DNA of 64,000 bases from Octopus vulgaris (taxonomy: Eukaryota). The position numbers and the translations under genes were made by a program. The notes under the pieces were generated by a model. The model ran no database searches and was not told where the DNA came from. It worked only from the letters and a program-made list of their open reading frames with translations. The DNA is taken from NCBI GenBank assembly GCA_951406725.2, contig OX597823.1:74028001-74092000 (forward strand), read 5' to 3'. The first letter of the stretch is position 1; each line of letters begins with the position of its first letter. Positions 13,318 through 25,348 of the stretch are shown one piece after another.

Positions 13318-13716
13318 CTCTTTTACTCTTTTACTTGTTTCAGTCATTTGACTGTGACCATGCTGGAGCACCACCTTTAGTTGAACAAATTGACCCCAAG
13401 ACTTATTCTTTGTAAGCTTAGTACGTATTCTATTGGTCTCTTTTGCCAACCTGCTAAGTGACGGGGACGTAAACACACCAGCATCGGTTGTCAAGCGATG
13501 TTGGGGGGACAAACACAGACACACAAACTCACACACACACACACATACATATATACGACGGGCTTCTTTCAGTTTCCCTCTACCAAATTCACTCATGTGG
13601 CTTTGGTTGGCCCAAGGCTATAGTTGAAGACACTTGTCCAAGGTGCCATGTGGGACTGAACCTGGAACTATGTAGTTCGTAAGCAAGCTACTTACCACAC
13701 AGCCACTCCTATGCCT
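13318..13716 (-). mobile_element. SINE family A inserted into an older + strand family-B SINE (13250-13830)
   Basis: Family-B head ends near 13312 and resumes near 13720. Confidence 0.88.
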
Positions 13717-14696
13717 ATAATCCAAGTTCAAATTCTATTGAGGTCAAATTTGCCTTTCATCCTTTCAGGGTCGATAAAATAAGTCAATGTAACTGCCCCA
13801 AACTTGCTGGTGTTGTGCCAAAATTTGAAACTATTATTTAATTAACCTTATGCCATTCAAATGATTTACCATATTTGATGGCATAAAAGGCAGATAGTTC
13901 TCCAGTTAGATTTCAATAGGGAATCTTTAGAAAACATTCAAATAAAAGCTTTGTTTCTCTATATTAACATTTGCTGCCTGTGGCTAATTGAAGACCGTCT
14001 CAGTGATAAAAAGTTGTTGCTTCAGTGTTGATCTGCATTTGCACAAAAAACCCCCCCAAAAAAACAGACCTTAGTTATTCAGGGTCTGGCCAAGCAAAAC
14101 CAACTGAGGACATTCAACATCAGTTGCTGTTATTACTGTTTAGCTCTCATATTAGCTGTGTTTGGTTATATTATCAAATGTGTTTAAAGATGTGGCCAAT
14201 CTGTGCATCCAGTATCATCACTCATTGTAAATGGACTAATTCAACTGGTCTATATAATTTATTCATGAAATTTTTGACTATCATACCTCAGCATGATAAG
14301 AAAAAGGAGTAGCATATAGGCCAGCTGATAAGAGACTACAATCTGAAGAGACCTTACGTCTTCTGTTAAAGTCATAGCATTCTAGTTCTTTTATTCTTTC
14401 CTGTTAGTTGTGAGTGTATCCAGAATACTACATGCATATGCATGCACATACACAGCTGTAACCAATACATAAATCATATGTATTTAGCACTGATTACTAA
14501 AATAGCTAATGGGGAATTTGGAAAAGGGCCTACATTAAATATCTAGCCTAGTCCTGTTCCTGTTAAAGTAAGGTATACGTTTCCCTTCTGATCTGGACCA
14601 GCTACTTAATTTGCATAGGCTTAATCCACGGGCAACTTTTCCTAAAACACATCACCATAAGCAATCAGTTTTACTAATTATCCACACAAAGCCTTT

Positions 14697-15068
14697 CATC
14701 ATCATCATCATCATCGTTTAACGTCCGTTTTCCATGCTAGCATGAGTTGGATGGTTTGACCGGAGTCTGGGAAGCCAGAAGGCTGCATCAGGCTCCAGTC
14801 TGATCTGGCAGTGTTTCTACAGCTAGATGCCTTTCCTAATGCCAACCACTCCATGAGTGTAGTGGGTGCTTTTTATGTTCCACTGGCACAGGTGCCAGGT
14901 GAGACTGGCAATGGCCACAATCGGCATGGAAGCCAGTCAAGGTGGCGCTGGCATCGGCCACGTTCAGATGGTGCATTTTACATGTTACCGGCACAGGTAT
15001 AACAACTACAATTTTTATTTGATTTTTTGATGTTGATGTACTTGACTCAATAGGGCTCCTCAAGCACA
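14697..15068 (-). mobile_element. Repeat family E with (CAT)n tail
   Basis: Reverse complement of blocks at 6630-6868. Confidence 0.75.
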
Positions 15069-15519
15069 ATGTTTATATATATATCATCGTCATCATCACA
15101 ATGTGTGTATATATTGATGATAATTTGCATAATGTCTACAGTAAAACAGGGATAATAGAAAGGAAAGTTATGAAGTTTGTGACCTTTCATATATTGTAGT
15201 GATGAAGATAAAGTGGCTCTAATTGGTGGGGAAAATGGATGAAAATTAGAAAAAAATAATCATGCATTTCTGATTTTTTAGCAATAAATACTCTGAAGTG
15301 TATATTGAATTCAGGGATAAAGCATGTAAATTAATCAAATTTTACTTAACAAACAACTGCAGATTAAGCTGAAGTTTCAGAAATTCAATTTCACATTCAA
15401 AATAAGAATTGATTTATTTTTTGTACATCACATTTATAATAATTTATATTCATTTGAAATTGTTTTACATTTTATATTTTATAATTGAGTCCTAATTCAA
15501 AGTATATAAATATTCAAAC

Positions 15520-15525
15520 AATAAA
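15520..15525 (+). promoter_or_regulatory. Candidate distal polyadenylation signal of the left-hand gene
   Basis: AATAAA followed by GT/T-rich sequence near the end of the CpG-depleted block; other AATAAA occur near 15283, 15789 and 16274. Confidence 0.25.
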
Positions 15526-15880
15526 ATAAGTTGTCTTTGAGTTATTTTCTGTTGCTAAATGATTTAAATATGTTTTGTGATTATTTGTAAAATTGTCTGA
15601 AAGGAAACAGCACTGGAATTGGTGCATAATTTGGTTTCTTCCCTATGAATTTAATTCGTCTACTCACTGAACTCATTGTCAGCATCTGAAAAATTAATTA
15701 TAGCTCAATATTGTCCTTCTGGTACATTTTACTTGATAATACATCCTTGCAGTATACTTTGCGTTTGATTCTGTCAGAACATATTAAGAATAAATATGCA
15801 GATCAATGTTTCAAATAGCAACTTTTTATCAGTTGGCAGATATAAGCACTGATCAGCAAACAATTTCATTCACTGAAATG

Positions 15881-16268
15881 TCTATATATATAAAGCTGAA
15901 GTTGTCTGTGTATGGCAGGTTTGGTAGCCTTCAACTAACACTATCTCCTCCGAGACCCTGCGGTGCAAGCTGACCAAAATTGAGAGTATGATAGAAGGCT
16001 TGCTCTTCCTTCTGTAGAAGAAAAAATTTAAATCAGACCATGTTAACACCAAAAATTATTTACATCAAAAAGGTGCTTTTTCTTCTATGAAAATCCCTAT
16101 TTTTTACGATTTTTTGACTGCTGTGTCGCCATTTTTTGGTGTATTTCAACCAGAAAAATGTTCACTTAAAGAGAATAACAAGCTACATAATGCAAAATTT
16201 TTACTTTTCAAAAATTCCAGTTCTAAAGGGTCGAAACCAACCTGAGCGACGCCGGGCGATACTGCTAG
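15881..16268 (+). mobile_element. Non-autonomous Helitron
   Basis: 5' TCTATATATATAAAG, 3' GC-rich hairpin CCTGAGCGACGCCGGG then CTAG|T; same 3' end as 53017-53412. Confidence 0.85.
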
Positions 16269-16817
16269 TTATAAATAAAGTTAATGGCTTGTTAGATTAA
16301 AGGTCTGGGTTCTTCCAGTTGAAAAACATTCAAGTCACAGAATCTGTTGTGACCATAAACCGAATGTGTTATAAATACACTGTTGTTATGAAAAGGAGAA
16401 GCTGTGTTCCAGTGGCTTAATTAACAGCAACTGGCATAGTTTGCATTTGAATCTCCTAGAATGCATTAAGATTAAATTTGCAAATCATCGTTTCAGATAT
16501 CACTGTACACAGTGCAAATCACGATTGTTATGCATACATAAGTACGAACCAAAATTTGAAATTTGACCTTTACGTTGTCTAAGCGAAGCATCAAATCCAT
16601 TTAAATCAAAAATAACTAAAACTAGTGATATATCTACTGAACAAAAAACTCCCTATAACCCAGGTTCTCATTCAAATATTATATGTAGTATTAGACAGTT
16701 TATGTATATATTCATTAAATTTGGTTGATGGGTGAGCGTTTGACCCAATCATGTTAGCGTTGATTTGTTGGTGTTTTCAGTCATTTGTTTGTATTTAATT
16801 ATTATACAGTTATGTGT

Positions 16818-16870
<53 letters not shown>

Positions 16871-16874
<4 letters not shown>

Positions 16875-17086
16875 CAAACTGGGACAAGAACGCAAAACAT
16901 TTAGAAGACAATACAAAAAACACGGGCGGGACATTCGAAGCCTTCAGTCTTCAGTCAAGAACTGGATCATCCTCGCAATTTCGGCTTATTAATCTTGAGA
17001 TTGCTCCAATCTGGCCAGTCCCAAGGAAAAACTAAGCTAAGCGCATTAGATTCCTTGGAAGAAAACTTCGAATGTATACAAAACAT
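16871..17086. mobile_element. Diverged solo copy of the terminal repeat of the 60769-61925 element
   Basis: Shared blocks GGACAAGAACG...GGACATTCGAA...CAGTCTTCAGTCAAGAAC...ATTTCGGCT.ATTAATCTTGAGATT; directly follows (TA)n. Confidence 0.8.
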
Positions 17087-17426
17087 AATTATGAAACTAG
17101 TCCCCATATTTCACTGTTTCATCTGAATTTTTCCATTAATTGTATTTCTTATTAATATAACGATAAATTGCATCCCTGTTGAAGTGTTAAATATTTGAAC
17201 ATCCATTTCAAATATAGTCCATTTCGGTTTGTGTTTATGAGAGTAATCGAGAACAGTGCTATTAGTTCATGAAAACACCGTGGAGCAAAAGATGAGTTTT
17301 CCGTACGCTGCCCCTAAGAATCGATTTCACTTGAATTGCTTACTTTACTATGATGCCACGGCGAGTTTTGTAGACAGGAATCTTAGCCTATTTCTTATTT
17401 GTGTGTCATCTAAATTTGTAATATAG

Positions 17427-17745
17427 AGGAGACCCCCCCTTCGGTTATTAACGACCATAGGATTACACCTAGAAAGTTACCCTCCCAGGCACAAGTCCGG
17501 ACAAGGTTGTTTATGGAAGACCAGTAGTCGCTCATGCATACCAGCCTCCTCTCTCCGCACCACCGATGTTATGCAAGAGAAAGGTCAATGCAGCTTGGCA
17601 CCAGTGACTCATTTCTATAGCTGAGTGAACTGGAGCAACGTCAAATAAAGTATCTTGCTCAAGAACACAACACGCAGCCCGGTCCGGGAATTGAACTCAC
17701 AACAGTAAATTCGACGCTATAATCAATGAGCCATGCGCCTTCACA
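17427..17745 (-). mobile_element. SINE family C with 15-bp TSD
   Basis: TSD AAATTTGTAATATAG at 17412-17426 and 17746-17760; tRNA-like head and CORE-like TTCTTGAGCAAGA.ACTTTATTT...CTCCAGTTCACTCAGCT block. Confidence 0.9.
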
Positions 17746-18259
17746 AAATTTGTAATATAGCCTTATATATATATGTTACTGAAAGAAAATATTTTGAACC
17801 AAGAATCGCAACCACGCCTCAAGATCAAGTTGTTAACTATATCTGGTTATACCACACGCAGACACACACAGGCACACACACACACACACACAGAGGCACA
17901 CACACACATGCACGCACGCACGTACACACACACACCCGACAGGAAGCTAGGGTCATGACAATGTACGTAACAAGCAGAATCATGTAATAAGCAAAATGAC
18001 TCGTGAAACATAACAGCATTTTTTCCTGATTGGTTTCAAATATGAAGATAATTTGGTAAAGAGAAAATACAAGATGACGTTCTATAAGCCATACGTCATC
18101 AATGAATTGGATGTGTGAATATAAATATTTTGCCTTACGAATGAATTCTAACTTCTGCTTGACTTGTGTCCTGGCTATTTAATGTGTAGGCTGTGTATAG
18201 ATATTTATGTATTCGTACTTATAGTATAACGAAACATTTCCTGCTCTGTGCATGTATGA

Positions 18260-18337
<78 letters not shown>

Positions 18338-18394
18338 CTGTGTGTGCGCGCGCATGTTTGTGTATGTTTGTGTATCTGTGTGTGTCTGTATGTA

Positions 18395-18476
<82 letters not shown>

Positions 18477-18477
18477 T

Positions 18478-18699
18478 TACTTTACAAGGGGCTAAACACA
18501 GAGGAGACAAACAAGGACAGACAGACGGATTAAGTCGATTATATCGACCCCAGTGCGCAACTTGTACTTAATTTAGCGACCCCGAAAGGATTAAAGGCAA
18601 AGTCGACCTCGGTGGAATTTGAACTCAGAACGTAACGGCAGACGAAATACGGCTACGCATTTCGCCCGGCGTGCTAACGAGTCTGCCAGCTCGCCGCCT
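18478..18699 (-). mobile_element. SINE family B
   Basis: Matches GGCGGCGAGCTGGCAGA...GAGTTCAAATTCC...GGTCGACTTTGCCTTT..TCCTTTCGGGGTCG consensus. Confidence 0.92.
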
Positions 18700-18707
18700 T
18701 ATATCTT

Positions 18708-18748
<41 letters not shown>

Positions 18749-18762
18749 GTGTGTGTTCTATA

Positions 18763-18961
18763 GAAGCTGAAAATCAACTGTTAATAAGACTTTCACATAA
18801 CCGATCATCAGAAACATTCACAGCTGTAAATAGTATTTTATGAAAGCAGAAAGGTCTTCACAAGCTTACTCAGCGTTTCACGTTACTGATCGTCAGACAG
18901 TTGTGAATATTTCTGATGATTGGTTGAGTGAAACTCTTATTAACAGTTGGTTTCCAGCTTC
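18763..18961. repeat. Fold-back element (64-bp imperfect inverted arms) carrying three CTGANGA-N10-GAAA motifs
   Basis: Arms 18763-18826 and 18898-18961; motifs at 18791-18811 (-), 18876-18896 (-) and 18913-18933 (+). Confidence 0.75.
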
Positions 18962-19013
18962 AATGAAATACTATTGTACTCTACCTTTGATATTCTGTAT
19001 ATTGCTTTGAACG

Positions 19014-19051
<38 letters not shown>

Positions 19052-19052
19052 A

Positions 19053-19093
<41 letters not shown>

Positions 19094-19096
<3 letters not shown>

Positions 19097-19412
19097 TAGA
19101 AAAAACCCCACCTTTTATCAATTCAATAATGAAAAAGTTAAATTATACCATCTAGAAAAAGTTACATCTTATAGAAAGATTAAATATAAGATAAAACTTA
19201 TGCCAATGAATAAGTAATGTGCAAAATAATAAATAAAATGTATATATTTGGTAGAATAACTACACGTGTTTCGTGGCTATATTTAAGAAATGATAACAGT
19301 AAAATCAATTCAATATAAATATAGTCACTCTTCAGGTTAAAGATAAAAACAATAAAATAATAATTAGATAAATTAATAAATATACGTATATAATCTTGTA
19401 AAATACGAAATA
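19094..19412 (-). mobile_element. AT-rich Penelope-like terminal repeat remnant next to (TA)n
   Basis: Carries the hammerhead at 19257-19339; homologous to 26878-27095. Confidence 0.65.
19257..19339 (-). ncRNA. Type I hammerhead ribozyme (PLE-associated, long stem II)
   Basis: Minus strand: UAAC-CUGAAGA-GUGACUAUAUUUA...UAAAUAUAGCCAC-GAAA-CACGUG-UA-GUUA; intact core, 4-bp stem I, 13-bp stem II with 1 mismatch, palindromic ACACGUGU stem III, GUA triplet. Confidence 0.8.
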
Positions 19413-19414
19413 TC

Positions 19415-19933
19415 TCTCGACACTGATTGTTTTGACCTTGGCTGTTAGGAGGTGACAGCGTCTTCGAACATAGCTAGTCATGCCAAGGTTCCTGTTCACA
19501 GCTCTGGAAACCGAGGAAGTGGCCACATTACGTTTCTTAGCAAAAGTTATCATGGATATGGATAGGTTGGCTTCAATCGAGCGTTTGAGGCCAGCGAGAA
19601 ACTATGGATTGAGCTTGGAATCACTTTGTGTCTTGTGTTCTTTTCTATCAATCTTTCTCTCTTCTTTAAATTGTTTATACACACAATAAACTGTTGCTTT
19701 TGGAAGTTTCGTCAACTTAACAATTTTATTGGTAGTGTGCTCGGCGCGCGCCAAAACAGCAATGGCGTAGCGATTCTGATGTTCCATGACTTTCTGTTGT
19801 CGAATCAGTTTGCTATTTACTTGAAAAATAAAGAGAATTACATTTTCAAGCAAGCAAACATTGTCAAAAACGAACTATTAAACCCATTAAGTCAACTACT
19901 TAAAATTGGTCTCAATTTATCTGCAGGACCCTG
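19415..19933 (-). mobile_element. Truncated Tc1/mariner-superfamily transposon (5' TIR and N-terminal HTH region)
   Basis: TA+CAGGGTCCTGCAG end at 19933; translation MEHQNRYAIAVLARAEHTTNKIVKLTKLPKATVYCVYKQFKE...SSVSRAVNRNLGMTSYVRRRCHLLT resembles maT/DD37D-type DNA-binding domains; internal stop. Confidence 0.75.
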
Positions 19934-20106
19934 TATATAAGCACTTGTAAAAACCACATAATATGATTATAAGCAAACCTATGTAGATAAATGTATTTGT
20001 TGTCGTGCATGTACTCATATACATCAACTTATATATCTCTGCTTGTCTATGCATCTTGTATGTATGTATGTATGCATTTATGTATGCATGTATGTATCTC
20101 TCTTTT

Positions 20107-20725
20107 TCTATCTCTCTCTCTATCTATCTGTCTGTATATCTCTCTCTCTATCTATCTGTCTGTATATCTCTCTCTCTATCTATCTGTCTGTATATCTCTC
20201 TCTCTATCTATCTGTCTGTATATCTCTCTCTCTATCTATCTGTCTGTATATCTCTCTCTCTATCTATCTGTCTGTATATCTCTCTCTCTATCTATCTGTC
20301 TGTATATCTCTCTCTCTATCTATCTGTCTGTATATCTCTCTCTCTATCTATCTGTCTGTATATCTCTCTCTCTATCTATCTGTCTGTATATCTCTCTCTC
20401 TATCTATCTGTCTGTATATCTCTCTCTCTATCTATCTGTCTGTATATCTCTCTCTCTATCTATCTGTCTGTATATCTCTCTCTCTATCTATCTGTCTGTA
20501 TATCTCTCTCTATCTATCTGTCTGTATATCTCTCTCTCTATCTATCTGTCTGTATATCTCTCTCTCTATCTATCTGTCTGTATATCTCTCTCTCTATCTA
20601 TCTGTCTGTATATCTCTCTCTCTATCTATCTGTCTGTATATCTCTCTCTCTATCTATCTGTCTGTATATCTCTCTCTCTATCTATCTGTCTGTATATCTC
20701 TCTCTCTATCTATCTGTCTGTATAT
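20107..20725. repeat. 28-bp minisatellite (TATATCTCTCTCTCTATCTATCTGTCTG), about 22 copies
   Basis: Period 28 read directly (e.g. 20131 vs 20159). Confidence 0.95.
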
Positions 20726-20756
20726 CTATCTATATATCTATCTACCTATCTATTTC

Positions 20757-21136
<380 letters not shown>

Positions 21137-23319
21137 CTATCTATATCTGCTATCGATCAAGTTTTGTATCTGTCTATTTGCCTATTTATCCATAATATTA
21201 ACAATAACATCCAGTTTAATGTAGAGTACTGCAAGGATAAATTACCTTTTGAGACATTAATTGTATTAAAAACCTGGACAGGATCGAGATAAATGTATAT
21301 TATAAACCAACAGACTCGAGGCAATATTTACTTTTTATTTCGTGCCATACAAAACACACGAGAATCAATATTCTATTCAATCTGGTTTAAAAAAATATGT
21401 ACCAACGTATCTATTCTAAACACACAGAAGAAAGACTAAAGGAAGTAAATGATATTTTGATTGATAGACGTTATATATCGTTATTAATAGATAATGGAAG
21501 AGAAATAGCTGAGGCAATTCGCTTCAGCGATTTAAAAGCTGTGAAAAGTAAAACAGAAATAAATGTTTAAACTTACATTTCAACACATAGTCCCATAAAT
21601 ATTGGAGCCTTTAATATATTTAATCGACATTTAATATATTTAATCGACTTTTAAAATGGGATCCAAAAGTGAAAAGAATTTTAGGAGGCTAAAAGGTAAT
21701 GAAAAGCAAAAGGCAGTCAAAGACATTTAAAGAAACTATTAACAAAATTCCAATTATATACCGACTTTGCATCAAACTCTACAGTTAAGAATGCTGAAAA
21801 GTAAACAGCTGATTTAGAATTAATTTATCTGAAGGATCAGAGCTCCGTTTAATAAAAGATAATTCTACATGCTTATCTGAAAAAATAATTCATGTCATAA
21901 AAATGCTGTGGATGCAGTGATAATTAAGTTGACCAAACAGATGTGTTCCATAGAAAACGGATGACGGTTCACTGACAACAAATACCCAATTCGTATATTA
22001 GAAAAAAATCAACACAGCGAACATTTTGATTGATATGCGGGATTTCGGCAGCGGAATTTTGAGATTTTCCAATCTAATAACGTGTGGAAAATACAATAGA
22101 GTAGCAAAAAATTTGAATTCAGAACGTAAAAACCGGGAGATACGTTACAAGGAATTTTGTCCGACGCACCGACGATTCTAACCAGCTCGTTGCCTCGCAA
22201 ATAATATTAAGAGAGCTTCTACGTATTTACTCGACTTTCTAGAAATAACAGCCAATTTCCTAAACTGAACATTATTGTCTCAAAAACGAAGAAAGTACAC
22301 ATTAAACAATTCAGACTCTGCTATTCCTCAATGGTATGGTCACAGCTTGTATGCTTTTGGACGTAGATTAGCTCAATAGGGGAACTACAACAAAAAACAT
22401 TGATGAAGGCAATGACACGACAATATGTGGCTTTTTTGCTGGTGCTGCAAGTAAATTTGACCAGGTTTCCCTAGAAGGTACAGACGAAAATATGAGGGAG
22501 ACTAGCTAAGTCGCACAGATAGATTTGTAGAACAGCCAAGTTAAAACATCGTTGCCCATCTGATAGAATATATGGCCACTGCAACCCACCCAAAACAAAC
22601 AAACAGAAAACTGGGTAATACTTAAATGTCATCGTGAGAGAGAGAAAACAAAGAAAATTACAAGTGACTGCTGGCCTACTACAAGCCCCCCACCAAAAAA
22701 AAAAAAAACAGGAATGTTGACTGGACGCTAAGGAGCTCGCATATCAGCCATTTATCCAACCTCACAAACTCCACAGCAATATTAACAAAAAAAAAAAAAA
22801 TAATGAATAAATAAAACAAACTGATCCGCTTGCAGAAAATCAAAACTATCAGCCAACACTACGACGAATACGATAATAACAGGAAAAGCCTTGACACAAA
22901 ACAATTTTAACGAAAATGAGAGAAAAATAGGAAAAACAAAATCTGTACGTACAAAAAAAAACAACAACAACAAAACGTTATATTTTATTATTTTTTGTTA
23001 TTTCTATCAAATTCTTATACAGGTTTTCACAAGGCACACACTTTCCTTCGTGGTTGTAGCAGTGATTCGAAACCGAACCGCTAGGTAATCGGTCATACAT
23101 TACGACCGAACGACAAAAATTTTACGTGGTGGGTTTTTTTAAGCAACGAAGCAGCGTCAACCCATCGCGTAAGTCAATCTTCTAGAATCTTTTGCTTACG
23201 CCCTATAAAAAGCCACGTTTGGTACTAACACCCTTTGCTGATAACTGAGAGTGGGTGACCCATTCACACGTCTCGTCTCTTGACATGCACAATGTTGAGG
23301 TAGCTGCACGATGTGTCTT

Positions 23320-23383
23320 CATTTTCGCCACGAACATAGCACAAATGTTTCCATTTTCGCCACGAACATAGCACAAATGTTTT
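23320..23383. repeat. 32-bp tandem duplication
   Basis: CATTTTCGCCACGAACATAGCACAAATGTTT repeated twice. Confidence 0.9.
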
Positions 23384-24534
23384 CATTTAAACTCCTAGCT
23401 CTATATTTCACCCAGGATGTAATTATTGTTGTCATTTATAAAAGACCAACACAAGTTAAACTTTATGTGCAATAAAATCTCCTGTTAATTGTTCGTGGGT
23501 GTTGCCAGTTACATTTATTCATTTTTATTAACTTCATTCGCCATAGAAGCAGTACAGAGATGGGTAGCTTTGCGGGTTGGACAAGACATTGATGAGGCGA
23601 ATGATAATAATACAAGATGATAAGGATGGGAGAAGACAGAAAGCGCCCGCCGACCCCCTGCTTCCTAAAACATTGTTCTTTAAAAACACATATACAGAGA
23701 TATTAACCCTCTTACAATTTAAAATACAATATATTTGGACTCAAAAGTCCACACAAATACAAAACATAATTTATACACAAGTTCGAGGCGATAAACCTCT
23801 ACAATCCCTCCCCGAGCAATTTTCTTGCGACTTGCAGGCATTCCTGCAACCGCAACCCGGGGCTCCCAAACAGAATTCTATAATTCTCGTTTTCACACGA
23901 GTCAATTATATGATCACAGTATTTTCTTTCCAGCACCAGAGCAGCCACCTGCGAAGGCCACTCGGCTGTCAATACAAGTCGGGTCCCTCAGGATCCGACT
24001 ATACATATCATTCTTCACGAAACTGTCAATGGCCCCTCCCCTGAGATAGAAGAACATATATTCTTCACCACTTTCACTGGGAGGGGCTTCAACTCCCTCG
24101 CTCGGTGGCACGCATCCTACTGATGAAGTTATCTTCTCCCACCCCTTCCGGTTGCACACATTCCACCGAAGGGGTTTCGGGACATGCCGCCGCCGGCAGT
24201 GCCCCTTTTTCTTTTTTTTTCTTTTTTCCTTTGCCAGTTACTTTTTCACACAGCCTGTGTAACACATTTTCATTTATCACTTCAATCACTCATCACCTCA
24301 GACCAGACGACATAACAACCCTCGCGACATGACTCTTGTTCCCGACGGTAATCAATTTTCTGCTGATATACTTGAGTTTGATTTTGTTATTATTTCTTTC
24401 GTTTGTTTTACTTGAACTAAATCTATTTTTGGGGAGTTATGTTTTCCAAGTTCATAATTTGAATGTATTCTTTTTTAAAAATTTCTATTGCACGTATTTT
24501 TCATCATATCATTCTTTCATTTTAGCCTACTTTT

Positions 24535-24792
24535 CGCATGCTTGTGGTGTGACAATGTGGTGATAAGTTTGCTTCTCAAACACTTCCGAGTTCAGTCCAG
24601 CTGCGTGGCTTCTTGACTAAGAGTCTTCTATGATAGCTTCGGATCGACCAAAGATTTGTGAGTGGATTTGGTAGGCAGAAACTAAAAGAAACCCGTCGTA
24701 TAATACATACATACATACATACATACATACATACATACATACATACATACATGCATGCATATGTATGTATATATACATACATATATATACAC

Positions 24793-24824
<32 letters not shown>

Positions 24825-24826
24825 CC

Positions 24827-24890
<64 letters not shown>
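24535..24890 (+). mobile_element. SINE family A head with expanded compound microsatellite
   Basis: GTGAGTGGATTTGGTAG.CAGAAACTAAAAGAAACCCGTCGTA followed by (CATA)n/(TA)n/(CA)n. Confidence 0.8.
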
Positions 24891-24891
<1 letters not shown>

Positions 24892-25348
24892 CTCCAACAC
24901 AGAAGCCGACAGTAAAAAAATGTGGAAGACCCAATTGCGGGATATGCGATTATCTAATTGAGGGATCAGAGTTCTCCTTCAAACAGGGACAACGGTTTAC
25001 AGTGAAAAGCAACTTCACATGTGCTTCGAAGAACCTGGTATACACACTAACCTGCTCTGTGTGTCAAGAGCAATACATAGGTCAAACAAAAAATAGTTTG
25101 CGTAAAAGAATGGCCCTGCACAGATCCCAGATAAAAATTCCCCAAAACAGAAAAATAGCATTCAGCCAACACATAGATATTTGCGCCAACAAGAAAACAC
25201 CAAACTTCAGGATTTTCCCCTCTGCCAATTCAGGGACGATACAACCTCGAGCCAACGAATAAGTAAAGAAACTCTCTTTATTACAAAATACAGGTCCCTT
25301 CTGAACGGGTCTACGACAAACGATAAATCCACCTCGGCTTTAGAATAA
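24891..25348 (+). pseudogene. Penelope-like element GIY-YIG endonuclease domain (5'-truncated, one frameshift)
   Basis: [11 protein letters not shown] zinc-linker, TCASKNLVYTLTCSVCQEQYIGQT..LRKRMALH...FSQH; second frame gives KETLFITKYRSLLN. The Cys-rich linker is typical of Neptune-group PLEs. Confidence 0.9.
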
